Positions 1-13,583 of a stretch of DNA of 64,000 nucleotides are shown piece by piece. Made by a program: the position numbers and the translations under genes. The notes under the pieces are model-generated. The model was not told where the DNA came from and did no database searches. It saw only the letters and a program-made list of their open reading frames with translations. Within the stretch, counting starts at the first letter, position 1. Every line of letters begins with the position of its first letter. The DNA lies in NCBI GenBank assembly GCA_000182565.2, contig KQ257473.1; one strand, given 5' to 3'. Origin of the DNA: Spizellomyces punctatus DAOM BR117 (lineage: Eukaryota).

Positions 1-613
1 AAGTGTTTTCTCCCAACATTTCGCTAGTGATTTGCATGAAGCCTCACTTTCCATATCTTGGTTTAAACTCCTTTGTGACGCATATGGTGATCTCCACAAG
101 TCAAAAGTGCACATGCATCTCTCCATCTAAAACCACAATGATTACATGCTGCTAATGCCCAAAAGCTAAAATCACAGAATGCATCTCAAAAGTTGTTGAA
201 ATGAAAGGCCGAAATTTAAGGTCGTGCACGTGACTTACCGCAGTGTGGCGCCATTCGTTCGCCCGCCTGTTTCAGCCTTGGGCTTTTGTCTCCACACACA
301 CAAGCAGGTTTTGCATGATTGGCATGCCACATTGCGAATAGACACACACTAGGGCCACTTACTGCCTGACAAAGGCATTCTGGAAAGGGTCGCAGAGAGT
401 TTAGTCAACGAACGGCGTGGGTTCACAATCCAAACGAGCAAAGGGTGGGTCCGTGTGCTTTTGAATTGTGATCACCCACGGGCTTTTCCATGTTTACGTT
501 AGTTTTCCTCTGGAGCAGACGCAGAAAGTCTTGTTCAAAGCACCCATTTCAACGCTGACGGAATTCGTGTTGGCTTCTTGATTCCTCTGTCCCATTTTGT
601 TGTCACCATTTAG

Positions 614-3600
614 AATCTCACTACAGTGGCGTACCCAAACGATTCCCGTCGACCTTGGCAACAACTGTCATCTTCTTCGCCTGTGCCACGCGACAGTACA
701 GCCTCGGAAGCTTCTTCGAACTACGAAGACCAGCCATACGTCCCGGAGCAGTACCCAGCTCCATACACTCTTACTAATCCGCCGCATTCCCGCTATCCAA
801 CGGACGCCACAATGATGATGGAGGAGATTGATCTGCATGATCGGCAAAGGGGCGGGGTACCGCAGGGTGCGACCTCGGTGACAATCTCGGATCCAGAGGC
901 AAAACCTTCAAAGATGGCCTCGGATCCGATGGGTACCGGTGGGCCACCTGCTGATGATGAGGGAAATGGTAAGCTGCTGATGAATATGTGAGAGCGCTAT
1001 GGGATGAGGAAGATGGTGGATACTCAATGGATTTGAAATCAACGTGTCTGATTCGGTATCCCTCTCCTTTTTCCGTTTCAAGGTACATTGAGTAGAGCAG
1101 CAACAGCAATCGGCAACTTCATGTCAACACTAGAACGGGGCGGGGGACAAAAGGAGGAAGAGCGAATCATTTATCTTAACGATCCAATAAAGAACTCGCA
1201 GAGCAAATACTTGCATAATAGCATCTCGACCGCAAAGTATAATCTCGTCACATTTTTACCCAAATTCTTGGCCGAACAATTCTCGAGATATGCAAATTTG
1301 TTCTTTTTGTTTACTGGCATTATCCAGGTGGGTACAATTCTGTTTCGCCTGATAATTGCGTCCAACAATAGCTGACTGGTCATTCCAAAGCAAATCGGCG
1401 ACCTTTCTCCAACTTCTAAATTCGGTACCCTCGTCCCTCTGGGCATCGTGCTTTTTGCATCAGGAGTCAAAGAAGTGGTAGAAGATACAAAGCGACATCG
1501 GCAGGATGCGGAAGTGAATGCACGATTTGTAAAGTGTTTAAAAGGATCCGAGTTTGTACCGAAGCGGTGGCGAGAGGTTCAGGTTGGGGATATTGTAAGG
1601 ATTGAGAATGGAGAGTTCTTTCCGGCGGATTTGATCCTGCTTAGTTCAAGTGAGCCGGACGCGTTGTGTTATATTGAGACTAGTAATTTGGATGGGTGAG
1701 CAATTTTGTCTTGGGCTCCTCTGGTCTTTGATGGAGAATCTGAACATTGCTGTTCTGTTTTCAGAGAAACGAACTTGAAGATTCGCCAGGGTCTGACAGA
1801 GACCGCCGATGTCCTTACCCCTGAGGCTGTTGCTCGACTACATGGTGAGTAGAAGCCTTCGCCCGCGTCGGCACTAGCCAACTACGTTGCCTTGGACTTA
1901 CATACTATCCACCTCACAGGATTGATAAAGTCAGAGCAACCAAACAACAGCCTTTACACGTACGAAGGACTCTTGCGATTGGGAAACAAGTCCATTCCGC
2001 TGGATCCACAACAACTACTCCTCCGAGGTGCCCAGCTGCGAAACACGCGCTGGGTATATGCAATTGTGGTGTTTACTGGACATGAAACCAAATTGATGCG
2101 AAACGCCACTGCTGCGCCTATCAAAAGAACTAAAGTAGAGCGTATGGTAAACACTCAGATTATTTTCTTGTTCCTCATTTTGTTGGCTATGGCCGTTTTT
2201 TGTTCGATTGGAGCCCTTGTCCGACAGGTATGGTTTGATCCTACTGCACGGGATTGTGGCACCGCCTGCATCCGCAGCTTGTTAACCATTCTCTGCTAGT
2301 TAAACAATCCATTTGAAAAAACCCTTTTATTGTACACGTCCAATGCGTGGGCGATGTTCCCTCAGAATATCCTCACATATATTATTTTGTTTAACAACCT
2401 GATTCCACTAAGGTAGGTGCAATTACATTGCTTTGTGCTTTCGTTGCTGCTTATTCTTTATGATACCTAACTGTGTCCGCACATTTACAGTTTGATTGTC
2501 ACCATGGAGGCGGTCAAATTCGTTCTTGGTGGATTGATCAACACCGATCTCGATATGTATCACGAAGAAAGTGATACTCATGCCGTTGCACGCACGAGTT
2601 CCCTGGTTGAAGAGCTCGGGCAGGTGGATTACATATTCTCCGACAAGACGGGCACCCTGACGAGGAATATCATGGAGTTTAAGATGGCTAGTATAGGAGG
2701 GGTGGCATATGCTGATGTGGTACCCGAGGACAAGAAGATTAGAGTGGATGAGAAAGGACATGAAGTGGTGAGTTTTGTGCAGACGGCATAATCTATCACC
2801 GTGTCACAATTGACGCTTTGATATTCTGTACAGGGATACTACGATTTTAAGCAATTGCTGGAGCACAAGAAAACGCATGCAAATGCGCCATTGATCCGAG
2901 AATTTGTTACTTTACTTGCCGTGTGTCATACAGTCATCCCTGAAGTGGATGAGGAAGATCCATCCAATATCATATATCAGGCCTCGTCGCCCGATGAAGC
3001 AGCGCTAGTAAAAGGCGCTCAGCAATTGGGCGGTTTTTTCCATGTATGTTTCTGTGCCTTTCCGATCATTCTTAATGTGGACTAATGGTAAATGCATTTC
3101 AAAGACGCGTCGACCAAAATCAGTCACCATCAAACTGGACGGTCGGGATCTCGAATACGAGGTTCTCAATGTGAACGAGTTCAACTCTACGCGAAAGAGA
3201 ATGAGTTTACTTGTGAGGACGCCTGAGGGGAAGATCAAGCTGTATATTAAGGGTGCCGATACTGTGATTCTGGAACGATTGGCCAAGGAGGGCAATGGCT
3301 ATGTCGAGCAGACCTGCGGGCATTTGGAGGTGTGTTTGTTGCTCCGAGGACATTATCCGTTAACTATGGTATGAGATACTCATGTGAAGTTTAGGAATAC
3401 GCCACAGAAGGTTTGCGAACATTGTGCATTGCCTACCGTGATATCAGCAACGAAGAGTATGCCAAATGGGCCGGAATCTACGAAAAGGCAGCTACAACAA
3501 TCAACAACCGACAAGACGAGCTCGATAAGGCTGCTGAAATGATTGAAAAGGACCTGATACTCATTGGTGCTACCGCCATTGAAGACAAGCTACAAGATGG

Positions 3601-5432
3601 TGTCCCAGATACGATTGCCACACTGGCCTTGGCTGGGATCAAGATTTGGGTGCTCACAGGTGATAGACAGGAAACGGCCATCAACATTGGGTACTCATGC
3701 AAGTTGCTGAACTTGGAGACGAGTTTGATTGTGTGCAATGAGTCGACCCATTTTGAGACAAAAGAATTTTTGGAAAAGAAACTCTTGGCTGTCAAGGCCG
3801 GGTTAGGCATGGGAGCCCCGATGCGTCGAACGACATGGTTCGACCGACTATTGGGTAAAAAAGAGCGTCGATTTGACAAGGATGCAGAAGTTGATCTAGA
3901 ACCTCTTGCCCTCATCATTGATGGACGGACTCTGGACTTTGCCCTCGAGGATGACATCAAGTTCACCTTCCTCGAACTTGCTACCCTTTGCAAGGCAGTC
4001 GTATGCTGCCGAGTCTCACCCCTTCAAAAAGCCCTGGTCGTCAAACTGGTCCGCAAAAACGTTGACGAGAGCGTTACACTCGCTATCGGAGACGGAGCCA
4101 ACGATGTGGGCATGATTCAAGCAGCGCATGTCGGGATTGGTATTTCTGGGCAGGAAGGTTTACAAGCTGCTCGATCGGCCGACTTTGCCATTGCACAGTT
4201 TAGATTCCTCCGCAAACTGTTGTTGATCCACGGTGGATGGGCCTACGCGAGGATGAGCAAATTGATTTTATACAGTTACTACAAGAATATTACCTTGTAC
4301 CTGATTCAGCTGTGGTTCGCGATTGATAATGGGTTCTCGGGGCAGGTGAGTCTCATTGTGCGATTCTGTCTCTCCTGTGGAGCTAGAAGAGCTAATTGTA
4401 CCCATTTCTGTGCATCACAGACATTATTTGAAACATGGTCTTCTGTCTCCTCCTACAACGTCCTTTGGGCGGTCGCACAGCCGATCGCTATCGGCATCTT
4501 TGATCAATATGTTAGCGCCCGCATGTTGGACCGTTACCCCCAAATGTACAACCTCGGCCAGCGCTCCATCTTTTACAACCACAAGGTCTTCTTTTCATGG
4601 CTCGTCAATTCGTTCTACCACTCTGCGATGGTCTATTACCTTTGGCGGGCCGTTGTATGGAGTTCCGGTGGTGCGATTATGGGCGACGGACGTGTCGCAG
4701 ACAACTGGTCCATTGGGGAAATGGTGTATGCGACGGATTTGGTAGTGATTGGATGGAAGGCTGCTTTGACAGTGGATATCTGGGTCAAGTTTACATGGGT
4801 TGCAATCGTGGGGAGTGTCCTACTATTCTTGGTCCTGTTCCCTATTGTAAGTTTTTTGATGGTTTGCCCTCCTTCGGCTGTTTATTGGTTTACTGACATT
4901 GCGGATTTGTATCCACAGTACGCCATCATCGGCCCACTCATCAAGCTCTCTCCAGAGCTGTTTGGAATTAACCAAGCCATGTTTGGCAATGCAGTGTTTT
5001 GGCTCGGTCTCCTCCTCTTCCCCATCGCCGCCAATCTCCGCGACTTTACATGGAAATAGTACGTATATCCTCATTTTTCCTCAAAAACCAACATGAAGCA
5101 TTTGTAACTCATCTTTCAATAACCCTCCAAAAAAACAGCGCAAAACGAACCTACTTCCCCAAATCCTACCACATCATCCAAGAAGTCCAAAAATACAACA
5201 TACCTGATTACCGACCTCGCATGGAATGGTTCCGTAAAGCTGTACACAAGGTCCGAATGATACAGAGATTGAAGCGACAGAGAGGTTTCGCGTTCAGTCA
5301 GAATGAGAGTGGTCAAGCTGGTTTGATTCGGGCGTATGATACGACGAGGTTTGTGGTTTTTGTTTTTTAAACTTGTTGGCTTGACGCTGGTGATTTATGT
5401 TCTTTTTTGTTAGACGAAAACCGAGAGGATAA
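614..5432 (+). CDS. DRS2: P4-type ATPase phospholipid flippase (Drs2/ATP8A family), multi-exon; 5' end uncertain
   Basis: Exons encode [49 protein letters not shown] (phospho-Asp), [29 protein letters not shown] and the C-terminal autoinhibitory RGFAFSQ motif. Last exon ends ...RKPRG-TAA at 5432. Confidence 0.96.
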
Positions 5433-6233
5433 AATGCTTGACATTGGATTCCACCATACAAACCCTAGGAAAACAAAACAAAAAAAAAAAGAGAAACTAT
5501 TATATACTATATTTCCTTCTTTTTTTTTGTCGTGATATCTGCTCTAGTGTCTGATGCCGCTTTCTTTTTTTTTTTTTTTATATACTGTGTTTTTTTCTGC
5601 TTGGCGTTGCGATAAAAAAGAGTTTGTATATTTTGCTATTTGTCTTGGTTTCTTGTATGTTGGGAATGGGGGTTTATGATGTATGGACAATGGAATATTT
5701 GAAATGAGAGAGTTTTGTGTTTTTATCGTTTGTTCTGGCGTGTGAGTCGTTCAAAACTGTTACATACTCTGAAGAATGAAAAAAATAATGTTTAGAGTTT
5801 TCCTTGACCCATCTGTCGATACCAATATACTCGCACATTTATATCCTTAACAACATAAAAGAAATAGAAAAACCCCCCGATTGAAAAACTCGTAAGATGA
5901 CAAAAAAATAAAAGAGAGAAAAGCCATACCCACGTTCAAAGAAAAAAAAAACACAGCAATCAACACAATTCCTTACAAGAATACCAGACACACAACAAAA
6001 AAACAAAAAAAAGACAACCGGTATCAAAGAAAAAAAGACCGAGAAACATGACCCCCATTTTTTACCAACATTCGTCATAAACCCATAACGCAACAAGAAA
6101 AACTAAACTACTAACTAAAACAAGAGCCCACTACAGTCCACGTGTGTGTGCAAAAAAAAAGAAGGTAAAGACAATACACAAAAACACCACCACTGCCCCA
6201 AACAACAAAACGAAACGGTGCACGAACGCACAA

Positions 6234-8944
6234 TCACCCATCCACATCCATTCGATCCGGTGAAGTACTCCTTCTCTCCTCCTCCCATTCCTCTCCAGTC
6301 CCGTTCACATTATCACCTTCCGTGTCTCCATCCGATATGTCCATCTCGTCCTCGGCACGGCCTTTGCCTTTTCCTCTTGGGTCGGCTCGTCGACGGCGTT
6401 TGGGACGGGGGGTGGGTGACGAGTCGGGTTCAGATTGACCGTTCACGGAGGAGGCTTGGGAGGGTTGCTGTTGCTGATAGTGGTGGTGGTGGAGTCCGTT
6501 GGTCGTGGCGCCATTGACCGAGGACTCGCTGGATTGGGGAACAGGGAGGGAAGAACTGGGATTGCCTACTACACGGCCCATGCGTTCGGCGGATTCAACA
6601 GTTTGGGTAAAAATGTTTTGGACGCCTTTGAGCATGTTGGAGGATTCGGTGGCAAGAGTCAAAACTTTTTGGGCTTCAGCGTCGGCAGTTTGCTGGGGAT
6701 CCGCGGGAGTGTTACCCTTGCCACCCGTCAGTGATGCCTGGAATGAAAAAACAAAAAAAGATTTAGAGAACAATATCCAATAGAGAATGAGCATGCCAAA
6801 AACATACCCATCGTCCCGGCAAGCCCAAAATGAACCCTCGAACGCTTCGTCTCGCGTCGCCTGGTAGATAGGCAGCCGCGTGTCGACCAATTACATCCAC
6901 AACGCGACGAAGTGTCTCCACTACTTCACGCTTGATCGAAGCGACAATCGCAAAAATATCTGTACCGGAGGTGGCCACGGCCATGTCGTTTGCTTGCGGG
7001 GAGAGCGGGGGCGTCGGTTGAGAGGCAGAGCTACGACAAGACGTCAAGTTAGTGAATGTATCAATGACTGCCCACTTTCATCGGCTACCTACCTCGAGGT
7101 AGCAATGCCAGACAAGTAAGATGCCACAGCCCCACCAGCGCGTGCTAAATAATCCCTCAGCAGGGCGATCTGGCGATCAATATGGTTGGTCGCGTACTGT
7201 CAAATAAAAAGGAGTGAGTATTTTGCACCAATTGAAAAATGACATTTTCGTGCACACCTGCAGCCATTGCAAACAATACTTTAAGCCCTTCATTGTCTCG
7301 TCACTCAACATCAACCCACTCAGGTTTGCTCCAACCCCAGCCACAACCTGATGCCACCGACTTCGCGGCTTCCGGTCAATGTGGGGGGCCGTTGTCACAG
7401 GTCCCTCCTCTGAACGGAATCCTCCAGGTGATGTAGGCGGCACAAGCGCATTAGTGAGCGGCGGTCCAGGAATTGATACCGACGAAGGTGAACTGGGGGA
7501 TGACATATTGGCGACTTGTGGACTCCGAGGGCCATCCCTCGTGAGCAACGGAACGTTGGGTGGCTGAAGGAGATCCACAGAGGATATGGAAGAGACCGAC
7601 GACGTGCTCAGAGACCGCGGCCGGCTTCTGTATTCTCGGGAGGCATCCGACATATTGTCCATGTCTTCAGATGGCGGAAGGGAATTGGATCCCATAATGG
7701 ACGGGAATGATCTTTCGAGCTACATATGGACCGACATTCAGTTGTTGAACATTCCCCAGCATGGCCCAAAAGATAGACCAACCTTGTCAAGCTGTGTGCA
7801 AGCAAATCTATCCAGAGGAGCTAACGCAGGTTCAAGCTTATCAAAGACCGGCTTTGTTATTGTCTTTACCCCCGTTTCCACGGACTCTGCAGAGTACTGT
7901 CATAGAGGAACCATTAGCTTTCTCGATCATTTAGCCGAGATTGCAGTCTGGTCAACACACCTTTACGACCCTGCTAGCATTTTTTGTTGCTTCGTACGCT
8001 GTACTGATTTGATTGATTGATTTGTTTACTAACGGAATGTTTGATACCCGCTGCATAAAATGTTCCTGGTTGGGTTGACGCAGGGCTTGTCCCATATCTA
8101 CAAAACAAAGAAGGATCAGAACATGGCGTATGCGCGCACGCAGTATGACAGAAAAGTCTTACCGCCATTGCGTAATCCACCCAACGCTTCCGCAGCCATT
8201 TGAACATCAGGATCGGTCGTGTAGTATGACCCTTCCTGGTTGGCTCGACCTATACACATAAGTCAGTCAACTGTGACAAGTACATTGTAAAACATTGCCA
8301 TCCTTACCCATCCCATCGTCAACTGTATTGCACAAATCATTGATGCTCATGGATGATCGCGGGGTCGACGAAGGAGTAGATGGAGATGACGTCGGAGGAG
8401 CATGAGCGTGCTCACCATGACCGTTGATACCATTCGTGCCGTTGACATACGAAGACGAGTAGGAGCTGTCGGTGCCATTGACGCCCTGTTGATGCTGGTG
8501 CTGCTGGTGATGATTATTGTTCTGACTGTGGTGGGTAGCGTGGGTAAACGATGTATGGATCGGAGTTGTGCCTATCGAAAACATGGCATGCATTGGCTGC
8601 GTCGGAGTTGTAGGCGTCAAGAGTGGGGATGACTGCGCTGAAGCAGTTTGAGAACTGTAGGCAGAGTGACTCGCCATCATGGAATTTGCATTTTGACCGT
8701 GAGGTGCCGAGTGCAGGATATCGTTAGGTAAATGTAACGGATTGGGGATTGGTTTGTGAAACTTTCCGCCGCCGCCTCCTCCCCCACCACCTCCGCCGGT
8801 GCCATTGCCTGGTAACGCATGTCCTGCGAAAAGTATGGCACATTAACAAAATAAAAAAAAATTGATATGCATAGCAATTTTCTGTACATTACCTTGGTCA
8901 TTGTGGCTATCTGGGTATAGGTTATCCGACTCTGAAGAGACCAT
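6234..8944 (-). CDS. OPI1: Opi1-family transcriptional repressor (phospholipid synthesis regulator), multi-exon
   Basis: Spliced frame runs MVSSESDNLY...(Gly-rich)...MSINDLCN, then DVQMAAEALGGL (resembles the Opi1 Sin3-binding helix), LSDETMKGLKYCLQWLQ|YATNHIDRQIALL, IKREVVETLRRVVDVIGRHAAAYLPGDARRSVRGFILGLPGRW and KVLTLATESSNMLKGV. Confidence 0.88.
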
Positions 8945-9725
8945 TCTCACAGTACATTCGCGATTCCGAATAGAAACGTTTTTGCTGTCCCCGCGAACAC
9001 GCGATTCGGCCAATCACAAATGGTGAGATCAGAACGAGGGAAAAAAAAGGTTCACACGGAGCGAACTGTGACAGCCACTCTCGGGAGCGGAGGGTGGGAG
9101 AGGTAAGCGGCAAAAGACTCGGTTGGTAGCGGAAAGACTAGCAGTCACTGATCAAGCTAGCATGTCCGAGAATGTTTTGACAGGTCAGTGTGCGGGCGGA
9201 GCGGCAAGTCCCACGAGTGCGTGTGTGCGTGTGTGTGTATGGGAAGGAGCGTCGAGACAAGAGTGTGCAGAGAGGAAAGCAAAACAGTTCATGTAGAGCA
9301 GTGAGCAAAAACACAACAAGATCATGATGTGCATAAAAATGTTCAGATCACCCACTCACCACAGCCTACTGTCCGCAAGTCTACAAGTGCCACAAATCTG
9401 TCTCACCAAAACCACACAAGTGCGTAAGTTGAATGTACGTTTGTGTGCTTGGTTGCCCGTTGTCTGAAATGGGTGTTGAAACCTAGAAGTTTGAAATGGA
9501 AGAAAAAAAAAAAACTGGATGCTGCTCGCAAGCAATGGAAGGAGGAGCGAAGGAAAAGCCAAGGGGGGGAAAGGCCATTTCCTTGTCATGTGTGCCAAAT
9601 GATCAACATCTTCAAATTACGTCAGCAATCACACTGCTCATTATCACGTGATATGGGAGACATGCAGTTGCCATGGTAATACAGTGTCTGACGGAACAAA
9701 CGCAACGTTAAATCGCCCTTGTGTA

Positions 9726-9864
9726 GATGGGCTGCCTATGGCTGCCTATGGCTAGATGGCTGGCAAAGGACCTTCAAATGGCTGCATAGGACGAGATGGG
9801 TTGCTAGTCGCTGGATGACTGCCTGTGGCCGCCTGTGGCCGCTTCATGGCTGTAATGGCGGCTG
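9726..9864. repeat. Degenerate short-period repeat tract, (A/G)TGGC(T/C)GC-like
   Basis: About 11 variants, including the tandem pairs GGCTGCCTAT x2 and GCCTGTGGCC x2. Confidence 0.6.
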
Positions 9865-9916
9865 ACCGCCCAATCCACCCTTGTCCAGTTGCATCGGACA
9901 CGTCCATTTCGACCCC

Positions 9917-10020
9917 AATTCACATGCCCCAATCACATGCAACTTGTCATTCTCACGTGCAATCACTTGACATTCCAGCCAGGATACACCCTTGTCACGA
10001 GGTCACGGCTTGAGCACGTG
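9917..10020. promoter_or_regulatory. E-box (CANNTG) cluster upstream of OPI1
   Basis: AATTCACATG 9917, AATCACATG 9931, TCTCACGTG 9951, AATCACTTG 9961 and GAGCACGTG 10012; also ATCACGTGAT at 9643. Confidence 0.5.
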
Positions 10021-10183
10021 CATTAACTTGCCATTTATAGTTTAATGAACATGTTATGGACATCGTTGGTCTAATCATCAAGCAACACACGACATTGGGC
10101 GGAAATATGGTCGGCAAGGTTGATGATACACAATATGATCATATCAAATATATAAACAAAAGATCTATCATTGAAAAAGGCAT

Positions 10184-13100
10184 TCATGCTCCCTCTCCAC
10201 TCAACTCTTCCATCTCACTCGTCATGAGTTTGACTCGAGTCAAAGCCTGCTTGGCCAATTCGATGCGTCCTCCCTTTTTAAATGTTAACGCAATCTGCTT
10301 GTTTTGCGCAATGCCGTTTTGAAGTTGCTTAACGTAATCTGCGTGCGTTGAAATGTGTAGGAACACAATCAATGGGCCAGACTTTTCCAAAATCTTAAAT
10401 AGCTAGCAATGAAAATACACACCTTCGACAGAAAGTCTCCCCGTCTGAACCATTGTTACAAGCAAACTCATTCGAATCTCATAAGCCGTTTTCCGATCAC
10501 TCAAGTCGTCTGGAACAGGTTTGCGAGATGCCTGGAGAGCAGTGATTTTTTGAACGATTTGCTCGTGCTCTTTTTCGAGGACAAGGTTTGAAATGATTGA
10601 ATCCGCGCTAAAGCGTGGTGGTTTGTATAAGGAAAAGTATACTTCCGCGCTGCATGGAAATGCGCAGACATTACCTCATAAACTGCATTTCCAGCTCTTC
10701 CAGTGCATCTGCCCCTGATTCCGCCGCTCGCGGTTGGGGGGAGGGCTGACGTTTGGGCGTTGGGGTTGCAGAGCTGCCACTGCTCGCAGGCTGAGGAGAC
10801 GCTTGACGTTTGGGTGTCGGTACGCCCGAACTAGGACCACTCTCACCGTCTTGTGGTGACACTGGGGATGTAGATTTGATGGAACTAGGAGATGGGGACC
10901 GAGATCTCGTTTGCTCTGTTGTGACAGTCGGAACTTTCAACCCTCCCGGAGCAGTGGCTTCACCGGTAGGTGGACTACCTTCCACTTGGTTACCACCACT
11001 AAAATCAACCGATAACCATCGTTCCTCCTTCACCACGACATCAGGCTTGTTCAACGGGCTTCGAAGTCGGATCCGAACTTCGAGTTTACCACCTGTGAGT
11101 CGACGGGGATTATTTGGATCCGCCAACTGCCAATGGCAACGCGTGAGACAACCATCACAACCCAACCCATCTCATATACCAGCACATAGCTTCATACCTC
11201 TGCGACTTCGTGAATGTCACACTTGGTGAGTAGGGGCTCCATCTTGATTTGTATTCTCCCCAACGAGACTTTTTTGCCGATAAGAAGGAACCCGCGCTGG
11301 TAATGGAAGACTTCAAACGTGGCCTTGCGTCGTTCGAGGTACCGCTGAAAAGTCCGATTGCGGGCGATTTTAACTCGTTTCGAGAATTCGTACTCTGCAC
11401 AACTAGGATTAGTTCGCCAAGGGACGCTCAATAAAAGGGAAGAAGCGCGTACCAGGACTCGCAGACCGTTTCACCACTGCTGTCTCCCCTTTGCCCTCCC
11501 CGCTCGCACCGGCACCTTCTGCATCATCGGGCGGCCATCCAACGTCAAATGCAACATAACTCTCCACCTCCTCACCCTTCACCTCCCTTGTACCCAAATC
11601 CCACGCTCTCACAACCTGGATTTCCATTTCATCTGGAGCAACCTCAGGAATAGCCTGCTCAATCTCATATCTCAGTGTCGTATATTTGAACGCGGGTGGG
11701 CGGGGGTTTGGCGTTGATTTCAGAAGGCGGAGGGTGTCCAAATCTGCCTGTAAGGTCTTTTTCATTTTGTGAAAGGTAAGGGCTTCGGCCTTTTTGGTTT
11801 GTTTGTAGTAATGAGCCGCAACAGTTGTGCACGTCGCGATTTGAGATTCGAGGGTCGCTTCCAAATGGGAAAACAGGTCCCCTGTGGGAGCCGGTCCGGG
11901 TGATGGAGGAGAGGATGATAATGCTGACTCCACGTCTCGAAGGTCGACGGATTCCCGAACTACCACGCCCAGCGGTGTTCCATCTTTACGGCCCGATTTG
12001 GGGGTTACCCCTGCCCGTTTTCCCGGTGCTGGTTTTACTGGAGTTTGTTTTGCGGGTGATGGTTGCTGACTAGCAGGAGCAGCTCCCGATGGTGGGGCAG
12101 GAGCGGGAGATTCGGATATTGGCATTTCGGAAGGATGTACAGGTAATTTGTACCCGTCCGGCAACATGCCCCCCAGAGAAAGGGAGTCAATGGGCTCTTG
12201 CAGCAGTTTTGCGATTGTCAAGAATTCCCGGGCACGTGGTAAGTCGTTTGCCTTCTTTGCCTGAAGTGCGTATTGCTTGTACTCTAGTTGCCGTCTCGTA
12301 AGATCCTCTACGGACAACCCTCCCACCACCGCTTGTTTAGATTCTCCATCGTCATCGGCTAGGCTGAGTGTCTGCAAGTCAAGCTCTTCCTCTGGGGCCG
12401 TCTCTGGCGGAGCGAGAGTGACTGTTACCGTCTTTTCCGTTATACTCGCTTGTCGTGGCGGCGGGGATATTTCATCAAACTTTGTTAGGGAGACGTGGGG
12501 CGGGGGAGACTGCTTCGCTTCGATCGCTTGATTCACTTGCTCGAGGCGCTCTTCAAGTGTCTTGGATGCCCTCAAAGCATCCATGGCTCCTTCTCGATCC
12601 CCAGCACGCTTCTTATTGAGCGCTTTGATCTTTTCCAGTTGGACATATTTGACTAGAACATTTGGATCGGTTGATCTGAGCTTGAAATCAAGCGGGAGCG
12701 ACTCATCCTGAACATTCGGCTGCTCAGCCTTTGGAACCGGCATTTCTACCGCTTTCGGGGCGGATCCTTCAGGTGGGCTGGAGATTGTTGTGACAGTTTT
12801 GGTAATGGTAACTGGCCGAGGACCATCTTCTGATCGTCTTCTATCGACATCGCTTTCGTCCGATCCAGACTCATTCCCTCCACCCAATGCTCCCAAAGCC
12901 GCCTAGCGCGTGTATACGGTAAGTGTCTATAACGGTCATCCCCATCAGTATCGATCTGTTCGTACCAATAATTCCGGGTCATTCAAGTCGGATTCGTCCA
13001 ATTGCACGTCCACATCGTCATCACCCGCAGGAATTCCTGATACGAGCGCTTCGACATCAATTTCTGCCTCTACTTGTACCGGCTTACGAGCGACTTTTTT

Positions 13101-13372
13101 GGGAGATGCGGATTTTTGTGTTGGTTGACCAGCTGCAACGCTACGTGACAGGTTGTGTAGCTCGGCCTATAATTCAATAAGTGATTTAACTTGAAGCCAT
13201 ATTCCTATCGTTCCTAATTTTCGGTACATACAAGTAAAGCTGGGTCGTTCAAATCGGCGTCTGAAATATCTGGCTCTGCAATGTCGACATCAAACACGTC
13301 AGGTTCGCGAGGTGCGGATGCTCCCCCGCGCGAAACCTCGGTCTTCTTCTTGGAGCCGCCCCATCCCCACAT
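10184..13372 (-). CDS. CC2D1: Coiled-coil and C2 domain protein 1-like (CC2D1A/B / Lgd) with DM14 repeats and C2 domain
   Basis: N-terminal DADLNDPALL. DM14-like repeats KIKALNKKRAGDREGAMDALRASK and QLEYKQYALQAKKANDLPRAREFLTIAK. C2 domain EMEIQVVRAWD...TGGKLEVRIRLRSPL...ERWL. C-terminal ALTFKKGGRIELAKQALTRVKLM. Confidence 0.85.
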
Positions 13373-13583
13373 GCTATTTATTCCGTGGTTGTGATGAACA
13401 AGTTTCAACCAAAAAAGATGATGCAAAGAAAGAAACAAAGCCGAGCGAAATCGAGTCGAGATTCCTTCAACGTTGCTGACAACACACTCGCCGTTGGCAC
13501 AGTCATGTAAGGGCAGATGACAAATTTGGAATCCACAGCGGGGGCAAAGGAATCTTGTCGTTCATCCATCTTTGTTATTCGTC

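Noticed and set aside
1..230. CpG-poor stretch as a transposon relic
   Set aside because: No recognisable coding motif or terminal repeat within the window.
4346..4918. Apparent insertions in the flippase ORF 3413-5059
   Set aside because: They are ordinary stop-free 3n introns (4346-4420 and 4847-4918) with canonical splice signals.
5440..6230. Hydrophobic ORF 5839-6096 and poly-A/T tracts
   Set aside because: Low-complexity convergent 3' UTR sequence, not protein-like.
8677..8901. uORF overlapping the OPI1 start
   Set aside because: The same DNA is better explained as in-frame OPI1 coding sequence starting at 8944.
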